Positions 10,825 through 20,583 of a stretch of 20,805 nucleotides of DNA are shown here, piece after piece; the first letter of the stretch is position 1; each line of letters begins with the position of its first letter. The translations under genes and the position numbers were made by a program. This DNA comes from Octopus sinensis. Its lineage: Eukaryota. Location of the stretch: the NCBI RefSeq assembly GCF_006345805.1, contig NW_021823869.1:1-20805 (forward strand). The letters run 5' to 3'. The notes under the pieces are model-generated. The model had not been told where the DNA came from. It did not search any database and worked only from the letters and a program-made list of their open reading frames with translations.

Positions 10825-10979
10825 GTACAGCAGGGATTGCCACCACCCCCTGCCGGAGCCTCGTGGAGCTTTAGGTGTTTTCGCTCACTAAACACTCACA
10901 ACGCCCGGTCTGGGAATCGAAACCGCGATCCTACGACTGCGAGTTCGCTGCCCTAACCAACGGGACATTGCGCCTCCAC
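10825..10979 (-). mobile_element. Type B SINE, tRNA-like head only, fused to the type A body
   Basis: Matches 2656-2813. Confidence 0.85.
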
Positions 10980-11852
10980 ATATTATATTATATTATATTA
11001 TATTATATTATATTACATTGCATTGCATTACATTATATTATATTATACTAGCAGTATCGCCCGGCGTTGCTCGGGTTTGTAAGGGAAATAACTATATAAG
11101 CATTTTTAGAGAGTTATAGCCAAAAAATAGCAAAAAAATGCATTAAAAATGGAAAATAAATGATGGTAATTTCTTTTTTTAAATCGTTGACTCATCGTAG
11201 ACATTTTTAAAGAGTTACTTCCCTTATATAATAGCGAAAAAAATGCATTAAAAATGGGGGAAAAATAATGGTAATTTTTTTTTAAATCGTAGACTCATCC
11301 TAGACGCGCGCTAATACCCAGAAGGGCTCGATATGAATCACGACTATAAGATACCCGCTTTTGGTTAAATTGCACCGCAAAATGTGGGAGTAGTTAGGAA
11401 TCTAAATCATAGGAGACAGACAGCACACAACCTTACTTTTATATATAAAGATTATATTATATTATATTATATTATATTATATTATATTATATTATATTAT
11501 ATCATATTATATTATATTATATTATATTATATTACATTGCATTGCATTACATTATATTATATTATATTATATTATAATAGCCTGTACAGAGAGTTATTCG
11601 TCGGAGAAAGCGGTGCTTACCATGCGTTGATAATAGGCAAATACCTTGAAACCTGGTCCGTATGTAGCATCCGCTTCTTCGGGGAATGACCTCCCTTTGC
11701 AGGCTAGAGAACACCGAGATGGTGTCAGCCCTCCTGGTGACGTTGATGATCGCCTGGGGCTAAATGCATCAGTAACACCCCCACCGCCCTGCCCTGTCCC
11801 TAGCCACATTCAGATGGCTAATGCCCCTTATGTTATATTATATTATATTATT
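10980..11852. repeat. (ATATT)n pentanucleotide array interrupted by two insertions
   Basis: Array segments at 10980-11047, 11452-11576 and about 11828-11852. Confidence 0.85.
11048..11451 (-). mobile_element. Non-autonomous Helitron
   Basis: Minus strand: A|TCTTTATATATAAAAG ... CCCGAGCAACGCCGGGCGATACTGCTAG|T; last ~90 bp nearly identical to 7218-7309; internal ~100-bp imperfect duplication (11101-11201 / 11202-11305). Confidence 0.85.
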
Positions 11853-11855
11853 AAG

Positions 11856-12069
11856 TAAGTGAACTGGAAGAATCGTTAGCTTGAAGAATCGTGAGCAGCA
11901 TTTCCTCGGCTTTTACGTTCTGGGTTCTAATTTTGCTGACGTCGACTTTGCCTTTCATCTTTTCCCGGTTGATGAAATAAATACCAGTGGAGCAGTGGAG
12001 TCGATGTAATCGATTAGCCCCCGCCTCCCTAAAATGTCAGGCCTTATACCTAGAGTTGAACCTATTATT
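11856..12069 (+). mobile_element. Diverged type E SINE
   Basis: GAACTGGAAGAATCGTTAGC..CGTTCTGGGTTCTAATT..GTCGACTTTGCCTTTCATC; homologous to both copies at 7560-7962. Confidence 0.75.
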
Positions 12070-12305
12070 TTATATTCAGTAGTATTTTGATTCTTATGCG
12101 GAGTCGTTATATGCTGGAGGCGAATGAAAAGCGTGATGTGATTTCTTATTGATGTCCTTTCAGTTATTCCTCTTAATAATTCAAAGTCCCTCTCAATATT
12201 ACAAGTGTGACACTATCATATCTGTATTAAGCATACAGAACGATCCCTTGAGGTATTTTAGCTCAGCTCTGACTCCATAATCTCCATCAACTTTAATTCT
12301 TTCAG

Positions 12306-12308
12306 TCT

Positions 12309-12361
<53 letters not shown>
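12306..12361. repeat. (TC)n microsatellite
   Basis: Directly visible. Confidence 0.95.
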
Positions 12362-12365
<4 letters not shown>

Positions 12366-12774
12366 ATATTTCTATTTCTATTTCCACCGATCGTTTATAA
12401 ATCCTGCAAACTGACAGGTTCTTTCTGCATGTTCACTGAGAAGAAGCTCAATTTTAAAAAAAACTTGTCTTTTAAATTAACCAGTTGCCTTAAAACATGT
12501 TCCACTCCTACCTGCATTCCTTTTTATTTTACGAAAATATGGCTTTAGTAGTATTACAGTTAGTTCCCTTTGTTTTAAGATATTCCCCGAGAGGAAGACT
12601 GCTTTTTATTTGTAAGAATAGATTTTCTAAACCGATTTTTTTTCTCATTTGACTCTATTGTGTATGCTAGACACAGTTATCTGTGTGTTAGATTTCCTAA
12701 AATGATTTAGTGAGGTATTTTCACACCATCACTATTTTTCATATCATCAGCGACATTACTGCCGTCTGCTGTAT

Positions 12775-12809
<35 letters not shown>

Positions 12810-12818
12810 ATATATATA

Positions 12819-12857
<39 letters not shown>

Positions 12858-12886
12858 AGTATTATATTATACTGTTATATTATATA

Positions 12887-12998
12887 ATGTTATATTAATA
12901 TGACATGCGATAATGCGATATAACATAACATATAACTGAATAAATTCTAATATTATTCTAAATTATAAAACCTAATAACGAAAGCGCTTACATACAAA
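12887..12998 (+). repeat. Left arm of a 112-bp long-range inverted repeat
   Basis: Reverse complement of 15065-15176 with 5 mismatches; inner 58 bp identical. Confidence 0.9.
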
Positions 12999-13121
12999 AC
13001 CCACACAAGACAAAATACTCACAGTTCTTCCACAAAAGCAAGTGACACTCGGTTAAATGGAAGAAATTATCTTTTAAATAGTTGAAAACGTTTAAAATTT
13101 TTTTATATAATGATATATGTA

Positions 13122-13163
<42 letters not shown>

Positions 13164-13165
<2 letters not shown>

Positions 13166-13280
13166 ATTTTCAGGTTTATTTCAAGATTTCTTGTCAAAAG
13201 AGAAAGAACCGGTTTCTAACCTAGATCTAAGGCTCCTTCTTTGGAATTTCAACACAAACAACAGAGTATTTTTATTTGCT
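13164..13280 (-). mobile_element. 3' UTR fragment of the R4/Dong-like LINE
   Basis: Reverse complement gives CTCTGTTGTTTGTGTTGAAATTCCAAAGAAGGAGCCTTAGATCTAGGTTAGAAACCGGTTC..TCTTGAAATAAACCTGAA, matching 17701-17797. Confidence 0.8.
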
Positions 13281-13369
13281 TGTATGTGTGTAAGTATAAA
13301 TGTGTGTGTGTCTGTGTGTGTGTGTCTGTGTGTGTGTCTGTGTGTGTGTGTGTTTGTGTGTCTGTTGTC

Positions 13370-13400
<31 letters not shown>

Positions 13401-15064
13401 ACATATAATACACACACACACATATATATATATATAGACTCTTCGTACTTTACAGCATTTGCATCGTTTCTATTCACGAAATGTTTTCCTGCCTTCGTCC
13501 ACCTAAACAATTTATATCACAAAAATTTTATGAGTGTCGTGACTGCGAAGATATATCTTTAGATGGCTTGTGTAGCACAGACTGAAAAATATCGAATGGT
13601 AACTACTATTGCAGCTCCAGCGGGGTGGTATCGATAAAAATAAATTTCTTTGATAATTTATAAAAAAACTATATCCACAATGGAAGTGAGAGGTGTTATC
13701 ACATTAAGGAAGAACATCTCTTAACTGTTGGCATATATTCTTTTCAAAGACACCTGTGAACAACGACGTTCTCATTTAAGTCTGCGCCGTCTCAGCAATA
13801 CGAATTTCCATAAAAGAGGCATTATCGAGAGTAGAATCTTTATCCTCTCTTACAGTTACTACTAAGCTCTATGGGAAATTTTCAATAACTAACATCATGT
13901 GTCATTGTGGCATCTTTTCTGATTCATTTTAAAGCATATAATTCATTTCATATATCCCATAGCTGAAATCGAAGACACCGATAAATATATATTTATCTCG
14001 GTATCTATAGATCTTACTTAACCTCGCATAACATTAGAAAACAGCCGGACGTGCCAGTGAAGAAAAAATGCTTCACTGGAGATTTCCGCTCTCCGCCTAA
14101 TTTAAATACAGTACAAACAAATATCTCTTCGTGACCCCCTGATTTCCTACCATGGCCACACTTGACTTTTCTTATATGTTTTATTATGTTTTGCGACCTC
14201 TTCTATTGTTTGGTTTTCTTTAACTACAACGAAGATTTCTGTTTAGACAAACAGGAAAACGTATTGAGATTTCTATTCCCTGATCATTAGCTCCCTCATC
14301 ACCGCCAGCTTCCACATAATTATCTTCATTTATAATTGTTAGGTTTTGTATTACTTTACTGCAGCATCTTTTATTTTCTTTCTCACTTCTTCTCATCCAC
14401 TTCCCTACCTTTTCCTCTTCCTCTTCTCCTGCACAAACAATTCCACTGATAAGTGCTGTTATCATTTTGGCAACTCTAACAAAGAATTTCTCATCGAAAG
14501 GAAATACCAATATATTCTATCGGCATTACTGAGTAGATTTGGGCGTGATCAAGCAAATATCATCCGTTCCTTGAATGGAATGGGAAGAGAGGTCTTACGC
14601 TATCTTCTCCGCCGTACATTTCGCATTAGAGTGTCTAGTAAGAGGTGTGCAAAGCGAATTGTCTACAAATGAGTGCCTTCAGATGGTCTAGGGGCGTCTC
14701 ACATTCTCCAACTATTTAAACGCGTTTATGTATGTGTTTCTATGTTTGTGCGTATATGTATGTATATCTTTATATATCCATGGATACGTACGCACGCAGA
14801 CACGTGGATACACACACACTCACACATTAATATATTGTTCTTTAATATGGAGAAAAAATTCGAATCCTACAGAAAAGATTGAGTTATTTTTCCGTTTAAT
14901 TGATTTTATTATATTTCGATGTAAAAACAAAATTTTATATATATATGCATAATATAATATATATAATATATATATATGCATATATATATATATATATATT
15001 AATATTATATATATATATTATATATATATATACATATATACATATATGCATATATATATAAACA

Positions 15065-15176
15065 TTTGTATGTAAGCGCTTTCGTTATTAGGTTTTATAA
15101 TTTAGAATAATATTAGAATTTAAACAGTTATATGTTATGTTATATTGCATTATAGTATGTCATATTAATATAACAT
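15065..15176 (-). repeat. Right arm of the 112-bp long-range inverted repeat
   Basis: Reverse complement of 12887-12998. Confidence 0.9.
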
Positions 15177-15473
15177 ATATAACATACCCTAGTAACTATT
15201 TTTTTCCGTGTTAATTGTTAACAAGGTAAAAATACATTCATCATATATATATATATTATATATATATATATATGCATATATACATATACAATATAAACAT
15301 ACATATATACATATACATATAATATATATATATATATAGATATATATATATAGATATATATACATACATACATAAATACATATATACATATATAAATGCA
15401 TGTATATATGTATGTATTATCAGTCGCGATTTTGATGTTGTTTGTGTTCCTGGTTAAAATCAATTTTCTTGGT

Positions 15474-15690
15474 ATAACTTAGATAACTTAGATTGGTTTC
15501 AACCCATGACTAACCCAATGGCACCACCTGGAAAAGTCTTTTAGTTCATTATTTCGGGATACCATGAACCACTCGAGCAGAGAGTTGTTGTTGGTTGAGA
15601 TGTATTCAGGTGTAGGTGGTTTATCCGGTATTTCCTGGAGGAATTTTTCCAGGTACCGTTTGAAAGTTGTGGGTCTTTTTCTACTTTAAT
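15474..15690 (-). mobile_element. 3' end of a CR1/L2-group LINE
   Basis: Minus translation IKVEKDP/TTFKRYLEKFLQEIPDKPPTPEYISTNNNSLLEW; 3' motif CAGGTGGTGC and (TCTAAGTTA)2 tail; homologous to 18780-19110. Confidence 0.75.
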
Positions 15691-17309
15691 CATATGCATC
15701 ATTAATATTCTTAAAGGAGTTACATGAACGTTACTGTTGACATATGTAGGAAATTTTCTGATATACTAAAACATGTTTTAATTTTATATTTAAGCTGAGG
15801 TTGAACCGGTGTCGTGTTTTAATGGCGGTCAAATGAACTTCAAAAATACACAGACGCAACATTGCTAACTTTCTTATAAAATACCAAACTTTTTTGCTTT
15901 CTCAAAAGTAAGCTTAAAATATCGGTGAATTTATTAATAACAGAAATGTTACATTTTTAAACAAAATTTGCATTAATAGGATAAAAAGACACAACATTTC
16001 CTTAAGTTGAGGGATTGGCGACATAATTTCGCGGTGAATCAAAGGACATCAATTTTTGTAAAAACAATAGTAAATAAAGTCAAGTCTTGTTACTCATTGA
16101 TAAGTATTTATCAACATTCATTATTATATTTATCGATTTGCCGGACATAAAAGAAAATGTTTATGATAATAGTGATAATAGGATGTAAATAATATTCATT
16201 GTTATGAATAAATTTCACGTTTCCACTCTCTTAGCCATTTTATTTTCTCGTGATTATAACATTTAGCAAGAGAAATTTTTTTTGCGGTGGCGAGGTACTG
16301 ACGATTTAATTTAGCTTAAAATATTACTTACAGTGTTACATACCCTGAAGATATGAAAACAAAGAACATTCTAGCAAAGCGCTGTAAAGTATGTTAATAT
16401 ATAAATGAATTTTCTTTAACACTTCTACCAAATTCTCAATGTTCACCCTTACAATGTTACGCGTTACGAAACCAGAGGTGCGTCAGAAAGTTCAAAACGC
16501 CTGACTAAATACTCGCCATTTAATTAAATCTCATTCCAAAATATTTTGATACCTATCCTTTCCCAGTTGGTACCTGTTATATACTGAGGTCGGTTCATTT
16601 TACGAGAAAGCCTAATTATGGCTTTCTTTTCGTTTTTTGTGTCTACGAAACAAAACGAAACAACAAATGAAAGTTTGCTTTGCTCAAAATAACAAAGCTT
16701 TTCAACATGTGTCAAATTTAGATAACAGAAATGTCTGCTAGATATTGATGAGACCCAAAGTGAAATACGTGACGAAACTTTCGTCTTTCCATCAACTTCA
16801 AAATGCTATTAGAATTGAAAAGTCTTCGATTTAACTTTAGCCGACAAGGAACCAAAATTCCAATGAATGTAACGGCATAAAAAATTCAAATACAGCAAAT
16901 AAATTCGAAATTGAGTCACTGAAAAATTTTAAACAAATTCGAAATCACGACAAGTTAAATGTGTAATGTATGATTTTGTGTGAATTAGTTTAGATTTCGG
17001 AGATCACTTGGAATACCAATGAAAATGTTTCGTAAAAAGGACAATGGAAGTAAAATTGGTAGTAATGATGACAATTTCGAATGAAAAGACGAACAAAATA
17101 AAATGTTTTCTCCCAGTGAAATTGGAATCCAAGAACAGAGAAAATCAAAATTAAAACTCAATACACGGATCTAACTAAATATTGAAGCGAAAATTTAGAA
17201 TGCAAAGCCACAACCAATTTCTCGCCGACGTTATTTTTTATATTTCAAAGAATTCTATACATACACACAGAAATAGAAATGTATCTACAGACACCGTATC
17301 AACATAAAA

Positions 17310-17414
17310 TATACACATACACACAGAGGCACAGACACACATATACACAGTCGTAAATATGTGTGTGTGCGTGTATATGTGTGCATACATACCTATAACT
17401 AAACATACATATAA

Positions 17415-17448
<34 letters not shown>

Positions 17449-17690
17449 GTATATAGATACATATGCATACATATACAAACAAATGCGTATATGTGTGTGT
17501 GTGTACACATACATGTATCATATATATACATACATATATCTATCTAAACATATATCAATCGTTCCATACGTACATCCATCCCTAAATACATGCATCCATA
17601 CATATATACATGCATACATACATACATACATACATACATACATACATACATACATACATACACACATACATACATACATACATACATGCA
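17310..17690. repeat. Compound CA/TA/(CATA)n microsatellite
   Basis: Directly visible. Confidence 0.9.
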
Positions 17691-17803
17691 TACAAAAATT
17701 CCCTGTTGTTGATGTTGAAATTCCTATGAAGGGGCCATGTATCTAGGTTAGAAACCGGATCTTTCTCTGTTGGCAAGAAATCTTGAAATAAACTGAACCA
17801 TGA
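17691..17803 (+). mobile_element. 3' UTR fragment of the R4/Dong-like LINE
   Basis: Aligns to 1025-1139; followed by CATACAT. Confidence 0.8.
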
Positions 17804-17834
17804 CATACATCCATATAATATATGTGTGACTTTT

Positions 17835-18095
17835 TCTAGTTTATTGGATCAGGTGGTCTCGTGCATTCGTTCTGTCCAGGCTAATTTCTCAAGATTGCTA
17901 TTTAGGCAATGTGTCACGTATACCAGGTCCCCAAAAATTACAGATATAAAACTGAACTTGTAATCTGCAAATTCCTCAATAGTTCAGCATCGGTGTTCTC
18001 TTTTTCACTGATCTTCAGCTGTACGTTAACAACCGTTGGGCAGCTGGTTTCGGCACCTGTGAACAGTTTCTCTTTCTATACCAAATCATCCCAAA
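17835..18095 (-). mobile_element. Degraded RLE-coding fragment of the R4/Dong-like LINE
   Basis: Minus translation KEKLFTGAETSCPTVVNVQLKISEKENTDAELLRNLQ/YKFSFISVIFGDLVYVTHCLNSNLEKLA; homologous to 630-840. Confidence 0.75.
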
Positions 18096-18164
18096 TGTAT
18101 GTATGTATGTATGTATGTATGTATATATGTATGTATGTATGTGTGTATGTATGTATATACATAC

Positions 18165-18195
<31 letters not shown>

Positions 18196-18243
18196 TGTAT
18201 GTATGTATGTATGTATTATGTATGTATGTATGTATGTATGTAT
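18096..18243. repeat. (TATG)n microsatellite, i.e. (CATA)n on the minus strand
   Basis: Directly visible. Confidence 0.95.
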
Positions 18244-18631
18244 TACGGATCAATGATGGATGGATGAATATTACATATGATATAATGTCGGTAATCGATC
18301 ATTTCATTATCATTTGACGGAAGAGTGTTTTTTTCTTTTCTTTTTTTTTGTGGACTGAAAGGCTGGTTTATTAGAGACCCCCTCCACACATTTTATTTTT
18401 GGACTAGGAGGAGATAGTGAGGTTATAGAGCCATGCTCCGGTTGAGAACAAATAATATAAATTTTGTCCTATTGTAAAACGGAAGGTTACCCGCTAAAGC
18501 CAAGGGTGGTGAAACTAATAGTTGTAGTATATTAAACGACTAATTTTTAAATAAATACCGATAGGACGACTGGGAAAATATTTAGCTTCTAATTTTGCAA
18601 ATAACCAAACAAATTAGAATTTATATCATAG

Positions 18632-19111
18632 CTAAACATTAGCTTCAAGGTTCATCCAAGACTTGGACCACGGGCTATACGTCCCCTGCCCAATTCAAGA
18701 TCACAACATACATGTACACTGCAACATAATTTCTTTTCCTCAACAGGCCCTGCCCTATTTAACATTGTCCCGAGGGAGATCAAAGAGGAAAAGGATCCCA
18801 TCAACTTTAAACAGAGTCTGGATAGATTCCTTCAAAGAATACCAGATAAGCCACCCATAATTGGATACAACTCACCCAACAAGAACTCACTACTTGAACA
18901 AAACTGGATACAACTCACCCAACAAGAACTCACTACTTGAACAAAACTGGATACAACTCACCCAACAAGAACTCACTACTTGAACAAAAATTGACTTAAA
19001 CAAAACTTGACTTAAACAGGATTCGAATAATGCTATCAGGTGGTGCTATTAAGTTGGACATGGCCTGGACCAATCTTTGGTCGAAACATATCTAAGTTTA
19101 TCTAAGTTATC
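18632..19111 (+). mobile_element. 5'-truncated CR1/L2-group LINE (ORF2 C-terminus plus 3' UTR)
   Basis: Open frame NISFKVHPRLGPRAIRPLPNSRSQHTCTLQHNFFSSTGPALFNIVPREIKEEKDPINFKQSLDRFLQRIPDKPPIIGYNSPNKNSLLE (GP.LFN..P and FK..LD.FL..IPD.P motifs); tail TATCTAAGTTTATCTAAGTTATC. Confidence 0.8.
18862..18989 (+). repeat. Tandem repeat, 3 x 43 bp
   Basis: TGGATACAACTCACCCAACAAGAACTCACTACTTGAACAAAAC starting at 18862, 18905 and 18948, with no spacers. Confidence 0.95.
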
Positions 19112-19198
19112 AACATGAAATTCAACTCGAAACAAAAGTGATAGAAAACACAGTTAAGTTTGTATTTACTGAATATTTAAACGGTTATTTTCCTCTAC

Positions 19199-19563
19199 AG
19201 TGAAGGCGCATGGCTCAGTGGTTAGAGCGTCGAGCTTACGATCGTGAGGTTGTGAGCTCGAATCCCGGACCGGGCTGCGTGTTGTGTTCTTGAGCAAGGC
19301 ACTTTATTTCACGTTGCTCCAGTTCACTCAGCTGTAGAAATGAGTTGCGACGTCATGGGTGCCAAACTGTATCGACCTTTGTCTTTCCCTTGGATAACAC
19401 TGGTGGCGTGGAGAGGGGAGACTGGTATGCATGGGTGACTGCTGGTCTTCCATAAACAACCTTGCCCGGACTTGTGTCTAGGAGGGTAACTTTCTAGGTG
19501 CAATCCCATGGTCATTCATGACTGAAGGGGGTCTTTACTTATAATAGTAAACAAGAGAAGAAG
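19199..19563 (+). mobile_element. Full-length tRNA-derived SINE, type C, with 12-bp TSD
   Basis: A-box TGGCTCAGTGG, B-box-like GCTCGAATCCC, central block shared with type D; ATTTTCCTCTAC at 19187-19198 and 19564-19575. Confidence 0.9.
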
Positions 19564-20032
19564 ATTTTCCTCTACTGGGTGTTTATGTCCTGATCTGTGA
19601 TAACCTCGATCACCTCGATATGTTAATAAGATGCCAACAAACTGTAGTTGTTACCCTGGCATCACAACCAACTTAGTGACCAATAAGCACACGCTGTTTA
19701 ACATCCAGGAGCAGTAATTATGTATTGATAACAATCTGTATAATTATATATAACAAATATAATTATGTGCTTCATAAATATGGTTGATTACGTTGATAAT
19801 ATCGATAACAATTATGTTAATGATTAATTACAATTATCAGTTATTTGGAATTGGAGAAGACGGTGGAATGTGGTATGAAGTACGTTTTACCAATTCTTCT
19901 CCAATATTACACCCTTTACTGCTCGAGGAAGCCGACTCCTTCTGGAATTTACTCTAAATTTTAGTCCAACACATATAAATAAAAAAGCATTTTGTATGAT
20001 GTGTCAATGTGCGTGTGTATATATATATACGC

Positions 20033-20357
20033 GTGAGGGCGCGTGGCTTAGTGGTTAGGGCATTCGGCTCATGATCGTAAGGTTGTGAGTTCGATTCTCG
20101 GCGACGCGTTGTGTCCTTGAGCAAGACACTTTATTTCACGTTGCTCCAGTCCACTCAGCTGGCAAAAATGAGTTGTACTTGTATTTCAAAGGGTTGGCCT
20201 TGTCACACTCTGTGTCACGCTGATTATCCCCGAGAACTACGTTAAGGGTACACGTGTCTGTGGAATGCTCAGCCATTGCCACGTTAATTTCACGAGCAAG
20301 CTGTTCCGTTGATCGTATCAGCTGGGACCCTCGTCGTCGTAACCGGCGGAGTCTTTA
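20033..20357 (+). mobile_element. Full-length tRNA-derived SINE, type D, with 12-bp TSD
   Basis: A-box TGGCTTAGTGG, B-box GTTCGATTC; ATATATATACGC at 20021-20032 and 20358-20369. Confidence 0.9.
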
Positions 20358-20423
20358 ATATATATACGCACTCGCAATACACACACACACAAATACATAC
20401 GTACGTTTGTCCCTATATATACA

Positions 20424-20572
20424 TGACGGGCTTGTTTCAGTTTCCGTCCACCAAATTCACTCTTTGATCGGCCCGAGGCTATAGTAGAAAACACATGGCC
20501 CGAGCTCTAACGCAGTGGGATTGAACCCGAAACCATGTAACTGCGAATGAAGCTTGTTACCAGACAGCCACG
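20424..20572 (-). mobile_element. Type A SINE, diverged 5' half
   Basis: Aligns to 1412-1565. Confidence 0.8.
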
Positions 20573-20583
20573 TTTGTGTGTAC

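Noticed and set aside
14220-14672. 96-aa and 108-aa ORFs inside the inverted-repeat interval
   Set aside because: Driven by a CT-rich low-complexity tract, non-ATG starts, no transposase or other motif
16472-16495. Mariner-like terminal sequence CAGAGGTGCGTCAGAAAGTTC
   Set aside because: No matching second TIR or transposase remnant identified
18-18317. ORF-track proteins rich in YVCM/HTYI/IYLS/ER repeats
   Set aside because: Stop-free translations of microsatellites with no coding signature
18862-18989. CRISPR-like array
   Set aside because: Units are contiguous with no spacers, there are no cas genes, and the context is a eukaryotic LINE
19205-19275. tRNA gene call (also 20037-20105, 2740-2813, 10905-10979)
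   Set aside because: A/B boxes are present but continue into shared SINE bodies, two with TSDs; these are SINE heads
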